64,000 nucleotides of DNA from an uncultured Bacteroidales bacterium (GCA_964599365.1 CAZRFL010000004.1:22834-86833); one strand, 5' to 3'; counted from the stretch's first letter, positions 47,388-58,185 are shown. Numbers and translations: made by a program. The notes: a model not told the origin generated them from the sequence alone.

Positions 47388-48629
47388 ATGAGAACTCCTA
47401 AAAACCTAATTTCTTTCCTTCTGCTATTACAATTACTTTTCTTTACCAATGTATTTTCACAGTTCACTTTTGTTCACATTTCCGACATACATGTTGCCAA
47501 TGCAACCTCACCTATAAACAGTCCTGATATTGATGGAGCGAAATTTAAACAGATGTTAGACAAAATCAATTCCCTAGTACCGAAACCTGCTTTTGTGGTG
47601 GCCAGCGGCGATATTTCGAATGTGGGAAGTTATGGCAACGGCATGTATGGTATTCTTACCCAAAACCTTTATCCTCAAAATCTGACATCTCCACAGTACG
47701 GAGATTACTATATTGACGCAGCAGAAACTATTCCCATTTATATTGTTCCCGGTAACCACGATTATTTTTCGTCCACCCTTTTCATATCTTCTGATCCCGG
47801 GTTGGTAAATTATTCGGCCAATGTAGCTCCGGCTTCTGATTTTCTGATAAGCTATCAAAATGCCGTTATCTTTTTCGTGCTATCGGGCTACGACCAGTTT
47901 CGCCCTATTTGGGTTGACAGCGATCTGAGCAATCCGGAAGGATCGGGTATAAGTAACTCCCAGTGCAATTTCCTTAGAACAAATCTCTATCAGAACAACA
48001 ATAAGAAAAAGATCATTGTGATGCACCATCCTCCGGTAAACGGGGTAGGTACTAATGCCGATGGGTCTCCTTCTACAAGCAATATTGTGGATGCACTCGA
48101 CGGATCTATTATGAACAATCGTGATGTGCTGCTCAACTTATGCGATTCGGCACAAGTGGATATGGTGCTGGCAGGGCACGTGCATCAGAACCTTGTTGTC
48201 GACCGAAACGCTAACATAGTTGATGAGAATTATGCCGGGGGTACGCGTTTTATACAGACGGCGGCCAGTATATATGGAGGTTATAGGGTGATAACGGTCG
48301 ACAGTTCCTTTGTGTGGGCGGGAGAGCCACAATTGCTAACCTTTGCAGGCCTACCCGGTTATAACTCGGATGTTGATGATAATTCTTTTTCAGTCACCTC
48401 CGACCCTGCTTCGCAAACCATTACTATTCATTGTTTGTCTGTACCAAGTGATTTGGATTCAGAGATTCAGTTGATGAACATGGCTGGACAGGAGGTGCTC
48501 AGCTATTATGAAACATTTCGTTCGGGAAAACAAATAACTCTGTCTACATTTACACTTCCCAAAGGCGTTTATTTTCTGAGCATTCCAAAAGGCAAGATTA
48601 TACAAGGCAGAAAGATTTTAGTTTATTAG
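47388..48629 (+). CDS. Calcineurin-like metallophosphoesterase with T9SS type-A CTD
   Basis: SDIH, SGD, PGNHD, MHHPP, AGHVH; C-terminal LPKGVYFL...RKILV. Confidence 0.85.
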   Translation: MRTPKNLISFLLLLQLLFFTNVFSQFTFVHISDIHVANATSPINSPDIDGAKFKQMLDKINSLVPKPAFVVASGDISNVGSYGNGMYGILTQNLYPQNLTSPQYGDYYIDAAETIPIYIVPGNHDYFSSTLFISSDPGLVNYSANVAPASDFLISYQNAVIFFVLSGYDQFRPIWVDSDLSNPEGSGISNSQCNFLRTNLYQNNNKKKIIVMHHPPVNGVGTNADGSPSTSNIVDALDGSIMNNRDVLLNLCDSAQVDMVLAGHVHQNLVVDRNANIVDENYAGGTRFIQTAASIYGGYRVITVDSSFVWAGEPQLLTFAGLPGYNSDVDDNSFSVTSDPASQTITIHCLSVPSDLDSEIQLMNMAGQEVLSYYETFRSGKQITLSTFTLPKGVYFLSIPKGKIIQGRKILVY

Positions 48630-48734
48630 TTTATAATTCAATGGCCCTTTAAATAAATTAAGCCCCGCCCTACTGGACGAGGCTTAATTATGGTCTCCGA
48701 ACAAATTGCTGATTGAAATCAGCAAACTATTCGT

Positions 48735-50006
48735 TTAACGACTGAGAATTATTTTGCTGGTCCTCCTGTTTTCGCCTTTGGAAATTTCAATAAAGTACAG
48801 TCCATTTTTATATTTCCGCAAATCGATAGACAACCCGTTCACATCAGTCATATGATCAACCATGCAATTGCCGAGCATATCGAGCAATCTCACTCGTGAA
48901 CCGGATTCTATATTATCAATATTCGACCATCCTTTTGTAGGATTTGGCCAAATGCGACTCTCAACCGAAGATGTTTCAGAAATTCCAATACTAGAAGCAT
49001 TCGTTACAAAATATCCGATATCAAAACCCCAACTCATGGTACTTACCATGCGCTCGTTACGCCAAGCACTGGTGCCGGTATATTTGCTGTAGCGTACATT
49101 AGTATTAATATAATGATGCGACGACCAGCGCAGATATGGCTCAGCAAAAACATGAGGATCATTGGTTGTGTTGGTAGTGCCATAGAGCCCCATTCTAAAG
49201 GAGTTGAGAACAGGTGTGCTGGTGTGACTGTATGAATAAAGCATATCTCCATAGTTATAGGAAGTGCCGGGGATAAAAGTAACGGATATGCCGGTTACCT
49301 TACCTGCAGGAACATCGTAATGAACAGGAATGGTTATGTATTTACCTAATACATTGGTTGAATCTGCCAGTGTTAAAGGATATTTGATCACAGTTTTCGA
49401 GGGGGATGTCATTCGACAAAGAAATCCTTTTTCGGTTGGGCTTCCCATTATTTTGGGTGGACTGACATCAAATGTATCGGTTGGGTAACTAAAGGTGGTC
49501 CAGGCAAATTCGGGAGAAACAGTAGGAGCACCATTTTCAATTTCAATAACTAGGGTGTCGGTTACGCCACCATTCACCACATTATACCATGACAGCAGAA
49601 AAATAGAATCAATACGATAGGGATCAGTTAGTGGAAGAAGCGGAGCCACCTGCATTGTGTCGAACATTGGTGAATAAGGATCGAAAACGCCGCCAACACT
49701 GTTCAGCCAATTGTGCAATGTCACGCCACCGGATTCATAAACAACTGTAGAATCAGGAAAAATAAGATTGGCATAATGTGTAACCATAGAGTTGCTTACA
49801 TAATAATAATCGAGAAGATTCCACGATGGGACCATCCACCCTATTGGCAGTTCTTTAGTGGCCCTCAGATGATATTTTTGAAGAAGGGTGTGGTAATCGA
49901 CAGCTGCGTAACCATCGAAGTGGAATGTTTCGTTGGTGGCTGTCTGCTGCGCCAATAGGTTGCTTGTCAACACGACAGTAATCAAAAAAATGTACAACTT
50001 TTTCAT
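48735..50006 (-). CDS. T9SS type-A CTD secreted protein of unknown function
   Basis: Signal peptide MKKLYIFL (start 50006); IWPNPT...LDMLG...GLYFIEI...SKIIL. Confidence 0.82.
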   Translation of the reverse strand: MKKLYIFLITVVLTSNLLAQQTATNETFHFDGYAAVDYHTLLQKYHLRATKELPIGWMVPSWNLLDYYYVSNSMVTHYANLIFPDSTVVYESGGVTLHNWLNSVGGVFDPYSPMFDTMQVAPLLPLTDPYRIDSIFLLSWYNVVNGGVTDTLVIEIENGAPTVSPEFAWTTFSYPTDTFDVSPPKIMGSPTEKGFLCRMTSPSKTVIKYPLTLADSTNVLGKYITIPVHYDVPAGKVTGISVTFIPGTSYNYGDMLYSYSHTSTPVLNSFRMGLYGTTNTTNDPHVFAEPYLRWSSHHYINTNVRYSKYTGTSAWRNERMVSTMSWGFDIGYFVTNASSIGISETSSVESRIWPNPTKGWSNIDNIESGSRVRLLDMLGNCMVDHMTDVNGLSIDLRKYKNGLYFIEISKGENRRTSKIILSR

Positions 50007-50234
50007 GGGAATAAGATTTAGGTTTATATTTGAAGGAGATAAAAGTACAACAATCTTTGCCATAAAGCAAATGATATTTGTTTTTTTATCAATTAGTTTT
50101 TCAGATATTTTCACATACCGCTTTGCTTTATACAATTTGAAGAAGAAAAGTTTTTGTCGACCAATGAAAAAAAGTAACGCTTTTCCTAATTCTCGCACGA
50201 AAATGCGTAACTTTGTGAGCATTAAATTTTTCGA

Positions 50235-50969
50235 GTGAAACTGGTAATAGACCTGGGTAATACTTTTCAAAAGCTGGCTGTTTTTTCGGGTGAAGATATT
50301 GTATTCACTGAGGCTCCTGAAAAGATCACTATGAAGACTCTTCTAAGTGTTTTCAACCGATTCGCGATCCGTTCGGCTATTATTTCGAGTGTAATACATC
50401 ACGACAAAGAGCTTGATTCTATTGTAAGGTCCAGATGTCGTTGCATTGTTCTTGATCAACAGACCCCACTTCCTGTGCTAAACAAATATGACTCACCTGA
50501 GACTCTCGGAAGAGACCGCCTTGCGGCTGCTGTTGCTGGTAGCAGTATTTATCCTAACAGGAACGTGCTGGTGGTAGATGCTGGAACCTGCATCAAATAC
50601 GACTTTGTTAATGCACAATCGGAGTATCTGGGAGGAGCTATTTCTCCGGGATTAAGGATGCGTTTTAATGCCCTGCATACTTTTACTGAAAAACTCCCGT
50701 TAATTGAATTGGTCGAATTTAATTCCCTGACAGGAAAAACAACAGAAGAATCTTTATTGTCGGGAGTTATAAACGGCACTCTGGCCGAAATAGATGGCAT
50801 TATAGATCGTTACCGTAGAATTTATCCTGAAATTCAGATAGTTTTATCGGGCGGAGATGCGGAATATTTGGCCAGTAAACTAAAAAATGAGATATTTGCA
50901 GTTTCAAATATTGTTTTATACGGCCTGAAAATAATTCTAGATTATAATGATAAGCAAAAAGCACTTTAA
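50235..50969 (+). CDS. coaX: Type III pantothenate kinase
   Basis: IDLGNT, TLGRDR, VDAGTC, GGAISPG, LSGGD. Confidence 0.93.
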   Translation: MKLVIDLGNTFQKLAVFSGEDIVFTEAPEKITMKTLLSVFNRFAIRSAIISSVIHHDKELDSIVRSRCRCIVLDQQTPLPVLNKYDSPETLGRDRLAAAVAGSSIYPNRNVLVVDAGTCIKYDFVNAQSEYLGGAISPGLRMRFNALHTFTEKLPLIELVEFNSLTGKTTEESLLSGVINGTLAEIDGIIDRYRRIYPEIQIVLSGGDAEYLASKLKNEIFAVSNIVLYGLKIILDYNDKQKAL

Positions 50970-52233
50970 ATACCTTCCGGTTCTGTTCCTGTTTTTATTC
51001 TTCAACAACTCCGCTAATTCACAGATACGAATCAGTTCTCCTTATTCCTATTATGGGTTGGGCGAACTGCAATCCGCACACTCAGCCTTTAATTCAGGAA
51101 TGGGGGGTATAAAAACTGCTCTGCGAAATCCTGCATATATTAACCCGGGCAATCCTGCATCTTATACCTCTTTGGATACCAACTCGTTTATTTTTGATGT
51201 TGGTGTCACCAGCAATTCAACCCAGCTAAAATCAAGCCTAACTACTCAGAATTTCACCAACCACACTTCTATCAGCTATCTTTTATTTGGGTTTCCGGTA
51301 GCCAAATGGTGTGGGTTATCGGTGGGCTTGCTTCCCTTTTCTAAAACAGGTTACAAGGTAGTCACCCGTGATACACTTCCGACTATTGGCCAGGTAAATG
51401 AGCAATTTGAAGGTACCGGCGGAATAAATCAGGCCTATATTGGGACCGGATTTCGATTATTTAAAAACCTGTCTATCGGGGTGAATGTGGGATATCTTTT
51501 CGGCACCATTTATAAAAACCGTTCGGTTTATACGCCTGATCTTCCATATTCTTATAATATCAGGATGATAAATGACATTCAGGTTTCAAGTTTTTATATG
51601 AACTACGGCTTACAATATCAAATGTTTCTTAAGAAAAAATATTCACTGATATTGGGAGGTAAGTTTAATCTCCCCATGAACCTTACTGCGAAACGTTCAC
51701 AAATAGCGGAACGATTCACCGCAAGCGGCGATGTCGAAAGCATAAAGGACACCTTGTTGAATATTGCAAGTGAAAAAGGGAGTATTCATATGCCCCTAAC
51801 TCTTGGTGGCGGAATTACTTTTGCAAAGAGGAACAACTGGATGTTCGGTGTAGATTTTGATTGGCAGAACTGGAAAAAATTTAAAAGTTTCAACACTTTG
51901 GATTCCATAAACAACAGTTTCAATATTGCTGCAGGTGGAGAAATTATACCCAAATATACGCTTACAAGCAAGTACTGGAAAAAAATGAGCTATCGTTTCG
52001 GATTTCATTATGGGCGAACTTATTTGGAACTAAATGGCAATAAAATAGATGATTTTAGCTTCAGCGTGGGCTTGGGATTCCCTGTAAGCAAACTAAGGAC
52101 CATGATAAGTCTTAGTGCCGAAGCCGGCAAAAAAGGGAGTATTCAACCCGGACTCATACAGGAAAATTATGTTAAATTTACTTTGGGATTTTCCTTCCGA
52201 GAATTTTGGTTCTACCGACCAAAACTTAATTAA
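50947..52233 (+). CDS. Outer membrane beta-barrel protein (FadL/PorV-like superfamily)
   Basis: SPYSYYGLG, GMGG, NPASY, GTGGIN, C-terminal EFWF. Confidence 0.7.
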   Translation: MISKKHFKYLPVLFLFLFFNNSANSQIRISSPYSYYGLGELQSAHSAFNSGMGGIKTALRNPAYINPGNPASYTSLDTNSFIFDVGVTSNSTQLKSSLTTQNFTNHTSISYLLFGFPVAKWCGLSVGLLPFSKTGYKVVTRDTLPTIGQVNEQFEGTGGINQAYIGTGFRLFKNLSIGVNVGYLFGTIYKNRSVYTPDLPYSYNIRMINDIQVSSFYMNYGLQYQMFLKKKYSLILGGKFNLPMNLTAKRSQIAERFTASGDVESIKDTLLNIASEKGSIHMPLTLGGGITFAKRNNWMFGVDFDWQNWKKFKSFNTLDSINNSFNIAAGGEIIPKYTLTSKYWKKMSYRFGFHYGRTYLELNGNKIDDFSFSVGLGFPVSKLRTMISLSAEAGKKGSIQPGLIQENYVKFTLGFSFREFWFYRPKLN

Positions 52234-52236
52234 AAA

Positions 52237-52812
52237 ATGAAAACTCTGGTATTATTTAAAACGGGGTCTGTATTTATTATTGCATCACTTTTATTCCTTT
52301 CATTTTCCTGTAAAAACAAACTCGAAGACATCAATGCTATTAAAATAACTGACACCTTCCCGATTTCTACTACGAAAAATGTTGAGATCATCTATAGCGA
52401 TTCTGCAAAAATCCAAACAGTAATAAAGGCACCCATACTGAAAACCTACGCAGGAAAAAATCCATATACGGAGATGCCTAAAGGAATTAATGCTATTTTT
52501 TATGATTCAGTAATGCGTGTTAAAACTCATCTTACATCGAAATATGCCATCAAATATGATAAAAAGAACGTAATGGAGGCAAAAAACGATGTTGTTGTAA
52601 TAAACGAAAAGGGCGAAAGGCTCAATACCGAACATCTCATCTGGGACGAGAAAAAAAGGAGAATATACAACGATGTTTTTGTGAAGATTACAACCAAAGA
52701 CAAGATATTTTACGGTGACGGATTGGATGCGGATGATTCATTCATTAAATGGATTATTAAAAAGCCCAGAGGAACGTTTTATATAAAGGATGAGGAGATA
52801 GGTGCCGAATAA
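52237..52812 (+). CDS. lptC: LPS export periplasmic protein LptC
   Basis: Lipobox FSC, YSDS, EMPKG, VVVIN.KGERLNTEHLIWDE. Confidence 0.85.
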   Translation: MKTLVLFKTGSVFIIASLLFLSFSCKNKLEDINAIKITDTFPISTTKNVEIIYSDSAKIQTVIKAPILKTYAGKNPYTEMPKGINAIFYDSVMRVKTHLTSKYAIKYDKKNVMEAKNDVVVINEKGERLNTEHLIWDEKKRRIYNDVFVKITTKDKIFYGDGLDADDSFIKWIIKKPRGTFYIKDEEIGAE

Positions 52813-52827
52813 ATTCGGAACTTTATC

Positions 52828-54105
52828 ATGAACGATTATATTGGGATTTCAATTGTAACAGTAATTTTTTCCGCTTTCTTTTCAGGCATTGAAATTGCTT
52901 TTGTATCGGCCAACAAGCTTAAAATAGAGCTGGATAAAAAAAACAAGCTTTTTTCAGGAAAGATACTTTCGACATTCAGAAACAATCCTTCCGCTTTCAT
53001 CTCTACCATGTTGTTGGGCAATACAATTGCTCTCGTACTTTATGGCATCGCAATGACTCATGTCCTGGAGCCGGCGGTTATTGGTAAATTTATGCCTCTT
53101 AGTTTTAGGACAGGATTTCTGACAATGGTCCTACAGACAATATTATCCACCTTGATTATTCTTTTTGTTGCCGAATTCGCTCCAAAGGTATTGTTTCGGA
53201 TTAACCCCAACAAGATGTTAAAGCTATTGATACTTCCATTGACAGCACTTTATTACATTTTATTTCCCATTCAGTTTGGATTTGTCAAGCTGTCTGAGTT
53301 TTTGCTGAAATATGTGTTCCGGGTAAAGTTTAGCCACAACCAATACGAATTTAATTATTCTGACCTTGATCATTATATCCGCGAATATTCTGTCACAGCT
53401 TCCGACACAGAACATTTTAATCCGGAAATCCAAATGTTTCAGAATGCAATGGATTTTGCTCAGATCAAGATAAGGGAATGCATGATACCTCGGAATGAGA
53501 TCACAGCCCTAGAAGAGAGTGAGTCTATAGATATCCTGACCGAAAAATTTATCAGTTCGGGTCATTCAAAAATACTGATCTATCGTCAGAACATTGATAA
53601 TATTATCGGTTATGTTCACTCTTTCGACATGTTCAGCAGCCCCCGCAATATTAAATCTATCAAAAAGCCCGTATTGATAGTTCCCGAAAGTATGCCAGCC
53701 AAAGAGACTCTACGCATGTTCATCAATCAGCATAAAAGCATTGCTGTCGTAGTTGATGAGTTTGGAGGCACGTCGGGTATGGTGGCACTTGAAGACCTGA
53801 TAGAAGAAATAACCGGTGAAATTAATGATGAGTTCGACGAACCCGATCTTTTGGAGAAAGTAATAAATGAAGATGAGTACATTTTCTCAGGACGACTTGA
53901 AATTGATTACCTAAACAATAAATATCAACTGAACATACCGGCTGAGAATGATTATGAAACCCTGGCCGGTTATATTATTTCGATCACCGAACGCATACCT
54001 GAACCTAAGGAAAAGATCATGATTCCACCTTTTGAAATTACAATTTTGAAAGCCAGTAATAACAGGATTGATCTGGTTGGTATGAAAATCGTAGGTGAGA
54101 AATAG
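52828..54105 (+). CDS. HlyC/CorC (CNNM + CBS) family transporter
   Basis: SAFFSGIEIAF, ECMIPR, VVDEFGGTSG, ETLAG. Confidence 0.9.
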   Translation: MNDYIGISIVTVIFSAFFSGIEIAFVSANKLKIELDKKNKLFSGKILSTFRNNPSAFISTMLLGNTIALVLYGIAMTHVLEPAVIGKFMPLSFRTGFLTMVLQTILSTLIILFVAEFAPKVLFRINPNKMLKLLILPLTALYYILFPIQFGFVKLSEFLLKYVFRVKFSHNQYEFNYSDLDHYIREYSVTASDTEHFNPEIQMFQNAMDFAQIKIRECMIPRNEITALEESESIDILTEKFISSGHSKILIYRQNIDNIIGYVHSFDMFSSPRNIKSIKKPVLIVPESMPAKETLRMFINQHKSIAVVVDEFGGTSGMVALEDLIEEITGEINDEFDEPDLLEKVINEDEYIFSGRLEIDYLNNKYQLNIPAENDYETLAGYIISITERIPEPKEKIMIPPFEITILKASNNRIDLVGMKIVGEK

Positions 54106-54181
54106 AAAATGAGTAAAAAACTTTCGTACATAACACTTAAAGTTGTAAATTTGCAACCTTGTTTTAAAAAACACATATATT

Positions 54182-56350
54182 ATGGCAGTAATAGGTAGAA
54201 TACGCAAACACTCAGGTTTACTCATTATTTTGATAGGATTGGCTCTTGCTGGTTTTGTACTGCAGGATTTTTTCAGAAAAGGCGGTAATGGCGGAAAGAG
54301 TCAGATTTTTGTGAAAATTGAAGGAGATAAAATTAACAAACTCGATTTCGATCAAAAAGTGGATGAGCAAACAAAACGCTATTTGCAGCAAACAAAAAAG
54401 GAAAACCTCACCTCGGCTGAAAGCTTCCAAATCATGACATCCACTTGGGATCAATACGAAAAGGACCTGATCATGCAAAAAGAATATGAAGAACTGGGGT
54501 TGGCTGTAGATCATGGCAAAGCAATCAAACCGGGCATTAGTTCCGAAGAGCTTAACGATTTGTTTTTTGGAAAATATCCGCACCCGTATGTTGTTCAAAA
54601 TTTTACGGATCCCAATACCGGGGTTTTAAACAAACAAGCTATTCAGAATTATTTGAACAATTTCGATCAGCTCACCGATGAACAAAAAACAGAATGGACG
54701 CAGTTTGAACAAGGCATTAAAGACGACAGGATCAAGACCAAATACAACAATCTTATTTCACAGGGATACTACATACCTAAGGTTTTCCTAAAACGTATGG
54801 CCGATGACGCATCCAAATCAGCTAAGCTTCTTTGTGTAGGAGTTAAATATCAGGCTATTTCTGACAGTGCTGTTAAGGTAACAGATGAAGATTACACTAA
54901 ATTCTACGAGGCACACAAATACGAGTATGAGCAGGAGAAGGCAAGAGATTTGGACTATGTAATCTTTGAACCTATTCCTTCGCAGGAAGATTTGAAAAAA
55001 ATTGCTGAAAAAGCGAACAGAACCTATGAAGACTTCCAGAAAGTGGAGTCGGCAGATATCGAAAACTTTATTAAAGCAAATAGCGATGTACCTTATGATA
55101 GTGTATTCTTTAGCAAAGGGAAACTTCCTGTAAAACTGGATTCGCTTATGTTTGCTTCAAAAGTAGGCACAATTACATCTCCTTATGTTGAAAATAACGT
55201 TTACAATATCGCCAGATTGGTGCAGATACAAAATCGCCCTGATTCGATCAAAGCCAGCCATATTCTGATCGCTTATAAAGATGCTCCCAATCCTATGGAA
55301 AATATCACCCGTTCGAAAGATCAGGCTAAAAAGACCATTGATAGTATTCTTGCTATTGTTAAAAAAGATGTTGCCGGATTCGCAAATATGGCAATGGTTA
55401 AATCTGATTATCCCACCGCTAAAAAAGATGCCGGCGATCTGAACTGGATGGCTGATGGTGATATAAATTTCAAATTTTTCTATGACTCCTGCCTAAATGC
55501 TAAGGTGGGCGACGTAAAGATCATTCAGTCATCAATGGGTTATCATGTGCTTTATGTAACAGGTAAAAAAGAACCTGTAAAGAAAGTAAAGGTTGCTATT
55601 GTAAAACAAGATATCAAGCCCAGCAGCGAAACTGTGAATAAATTTCAGGTGCAGGCCAGCGAATTTGCAGGTGCCAATCGTACAACAGAACAATTCAACA
55701 AAACTATTACCGATAAAGGCCTAAATAAAAGGTCGGCACAGTTTGTAAAGGAAATGGACTATACCATCCCTGGTTTAGAATCTTCGAGAGATCTTATCCG
55801 TTGGGCGTTTGACGAGAAAACGGAAAAAGGAATGGTATCGGAACAGGTTTTTGACAACAGCGGTCTTTTTGTTGTAGCTCTGGTAGTTGAAAAACGCGAA
55901 AAAGGAATTGCTCCTCTGGAACAAATAAAAACCTATCTGGAACCATTGGTAAAAAGAGAAAAGAAAGCCGATCAACTGATAGAAAAAGTGAAGACTGCTT
56001 CGAACAATACCAAGGATATTTATCAGATCGCCTCCAAACTCAATGTTACAGTTGACACGGTTGATCAACTGACCTTTTCAGCTTATAATTTCCCCAAATA
56101 TGGTCCGGAACCTGAACTGATAGGAACCATTTTTACTATGAAGAAAAACGACCTCTCGGCTCCTATCAAAGGAAAAATGGCTATTTACGAAGTTTTACTG
56201 CAAGATATGGTTACTCCTGCTACTGCCGCAAACACCGATATGATCAAAATGCAAACGGTTAGTTATTTTAAATCAAGGGTGGAAAATGAAGTTTTTAGGG
56301 CTATAAAAGACAAAACTGAAATAGAGGATAACCGAATCTTCTATTACTAA
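54182..56350 (+). CDS. SurA-N/PpiD-type parvulin peptidyl-prolyl isomerase
   Basis: MAVIGRIRK + TM anchor, SIKASHILI, GDLNW, GYHV. Confidence 0.88.
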   Translation: MAVIGRIRKHSGLLIILIGLALAGFVLQDFFRKGGNGGKSQIFVKIEGDKINKLDFDQKVDEQTKRYLQQTKKENLTSAESFQIMTSTWDQYEKDLIMQKEYEELGLAVDHGKAIKPGISSEELNDLFFGKYPHPYVVQNFTDPNTGVLNKQAIQNYLNNFDQLTDEQKTEWTQFEQGIKDDRIKTKYNNLISQGYYIPKVFLKRMADDASKSAKLLCVGVKYQAISDSAVKVTDEDYTKFYEAHKYEYEQEKARDLDYVIFEPIPSQEDLKKIAEKANRTYEDFQKVESADIENFIKANSDVPYDSVFFSKGKLPVKLDSLMFASKVGTITSPYVENNVYNIARLVQIQNRPDSIKASHILIAYKDAPNPMENITRSKDQAKKTIDSILAIVKKDVAGFANMAMVKSDYPTAKKDAGDLNWMADGDINFKFFYDSCLNAKVGDVKIIQSSMGYHVLYVTGKKEPVKKVKVAIVKQDIKPSSETVNKFQVQASEFAGANRTTEQFNKTITDKGLNKRSAQFVKEMDYTIPGLESSRDLIRWAFDEKTEKGMVSEQVFDNSGLFVVALVVEKREKGIAPLEQIKTYLEPLVKREKKADQLIEKVKTASNNTKDIYQIASKLNVTVDTVDQLTFSAYNFPKYGPEPELIGTIFTMKKNDLSAPIKGKMAIYEVLLQDMVTPATAANTDMIKMQTVSYFKSRVENEVFRAIKDKTEIEDNRIFYY

Positions 56351-56368
56351 AATACTAAAATATTAGTG

Positions 56369-56403
56369 AAAAACACAGCCTCTTCAGGGCTGTGTTTTTT
56401 TTT
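56369..56403 (+). terminator. Intrinsic terminator
   Basis: aaaaacacagcc-tcttcag-ggctgtgttttttttt. Confidence 0.85.
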
Positions 56404-56556
56404 AGTTTTCCTGAAAAGAGGTAAAATCTTAAAATGCGGATGGCTGAGTATTTGTTTTGACCACCGTAAACCGGAAATGAGGCCCCTACCCTGTTGAATA
56501 CCATTAACACCTGATAAACTGACACTTATAATGTGTCAGACCATAAAAACACCCAC

Positions 56557-56766
56557 TTGACTAGCTCCTGTGCAATATTGACTAGCTCCTATGCAATATT
56601 GATTAGCTCCTATTCAATATCGACTAACTCCTGTTCAATATCGACTAGCCCCTATGCAATATCGACTAGCTCCTATGCAATACTGACTTGCTCCTGTGCA
56701 ATACTGACTTGCTCCTGTGCAATATCGACTAGCCCCTGTTCAATATTGACTAGCTCCTATGCAATA
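56557..56766. repeat. 21-bp tandem array, 10 units
   Basis: Consensus ttgactagctcctrtgcaata x10, no indels. Confidence 0.92.
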
Positions 56767-56818
56767 TTGTATAATTGCTGTTCAGGTGTGTGTTTTTTAA
56801 AATTTGAGGGGAAATCGT

Positions 56819-57586
56819 CTAACTTTTGGATTGAAAAACAAAATTCAGAGGCATACTAATATAGCATCTAACCTCATGACCTTGGCGGCGTCCGGGCTTC
56901 CATTTAGGCATCAGCCGAACCACGCGTAAAGCTTCGTCGTCGCATCCGGCTCCTATTCCCTGTACCACTTTAATATCTGTGAGCGAGCCATTCTTCTCTA
57001 CCACAAAAGAAACATAAACCCTGCCTTGTATTTTGTTTTGCTGGGCCAATTTCGGATAGATCATATTTCGCTGAATGAAGGATTTCAGGGCCTGCTCACC
57101 ACCCGGAAAGGCAGGCAGCTCCTGAACATAGGTATAAATGGCATTGTCATCAGTGCCCGATCCATCCAATACCCCATTGCTGCTTCCATTATTTGAGGTC
57201 CCCAAATTGGTTGTGTCCGACCTTTCCTGATCCACATTCAGATCATTTGATGTCAGATCATCATCGCTGTTAACTATTTTGGGGACAACATAGGCCGCCT
57301 TCTTTTCTAATTTCTTCAACTCAGGTAATAATTCTTCAGGCGGTTGTATCTGGTTGGTTTGAGGTTGTGGCATAAACTCAGAGAAAAAAGGACTTTCTTT
57401 AATTTCGGGTTCCGGTTGGTTTATTAGCAGAAACACTATTAGTGCTATAGTGCTAAATACAGAAATGATTATCAGAAAAGAAAGTAAAAGTTGTTTATGA
57501 TACTTCTTTCGCAACAAGTAAGCCCCGTAAATCTTATTACGGTTCTGAAACAGAATCTCATCCAGATTATCAGAAAAAATATTCAC
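56819..57586 (-). CDS. tonB: Energy transducer TonB
   Basis: FQNRNKIYGAYLLR, TM helix, PAFPGG, YP..A...IQGRV, EALRVV..MPKWKPG. Confidence 0.88.
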   Translation of the reverse strand: MNIFSDNLDEILFQNRNKIYGAYLLRKKYHKQLLLSFLIIISVFSTIALIVFLLINQPEPEIKESPFFSEFMPQPQTNQIQPPEELLPELKKLEKKAAYVVPKIVNSDDDLTSNDLNVDQERSDTTNLGTSNNGSSNGVLDGSGTDDNAIYTYVQELPAFPGGEQALKSFIQRNMIYPKLAQQNKIQGRVYVSFVVEKNGSLTDIKVVQGIGAGCDDEALRVVRLMPKWKPGRRQGHEVRCYISMPLNFVFQSKS

Positions 57587-57694
57587 CTTACTTTTTTGAA
57601 TTTATAAGTCAATCATAGTGCCAAAAACTAAGCGGACAGCCTAACAACGTGAAAATTTGCTTATTATTTTTTATCCGACCTCTTTATTATAAAT

Positions 57695-57723
57695 AAAAAA
57701 AGCTCCGTTTTATCCGGAGCTTT
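57695..57723 (-). terminator. Intrinsic terminator after gcvH
   Basis: aaagctccg...cggagcttt with a T-tract on the - strand. Confidence 0.75.
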
Positions 57724-57742
57724 AAATAAAAAAAGAAACTCA

Positions 57743-58123
57743 TTATGCGCTCACATGGGTCTTGTATGCATCGGCTTTCAACAATGAATCCAATTCTGCT
57801 ATCTGGGTCATTTTTAGCTTTACTACCCAGCCATCTCCATAAGGATCTTTGTTGATGGTTTCAGGATTTGATTCAAGAATTGGATTGAACTCAAGAATTT
57901 CTCCGCTAACAGGCAAATACATATCGGAAACTGTTTTCACAGCTTCAATAGTACCAAAAGTATCTCCCTTGCTCATGGTTTCACCAATGGTATCTACCTC
58001 AACAAATACGATATCGCCCAATTCGTGCTGAGCAAAATCAGAAATACCGATAAAGGCAAAATCGCCATCAACCTTCACCCATTCATGTGATTCGGTGTAC
58101 AATAAATTATCTAATATTTTCAT
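57743..58123 (-). CDS. gcvH: Glycine cleavage system H protein
   Basis: YTESHEW, GISDFAQHELGD, lipoyl motif EAVKTVSD, INKDPYGDGW. Confidence 0.96.
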   Translation of the reverse strand: MKILDNLLYTESHEWVKVDGDFAFIGISDFAQHELGDIVFVEVDTIGETMSKGDTFGTIEAVKTVSDMYLPVSGEILEFNPILESNPETINKDPYGDGWVVKLKMTQIAELDSLLKADAYKTHVSA

Positions 58124-58185
58124 TTTTCAATTGTAATTTAAATTTCTCCAAAAATACACTTTTTTTAAAACAGCCATTAAAAAAA

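Noticed and set aside
56557-56766. TAG-to-Gln recoding suggested by CAG/TAG alternation
   Set aside because: TAG terminates several clear genes in this window (e.g. at 543, 8988, 19584); C/T transitions in a repeat explain it
56533-56859. Ser/Cys-rich 108-aa ORF as a RiPP precursor for the radical SAMs
   Set aside because: It is a translation of the tandem array, has no leader, lies over 30 kb from the enzymes, and its variation is concentrated at codon positions 1-2
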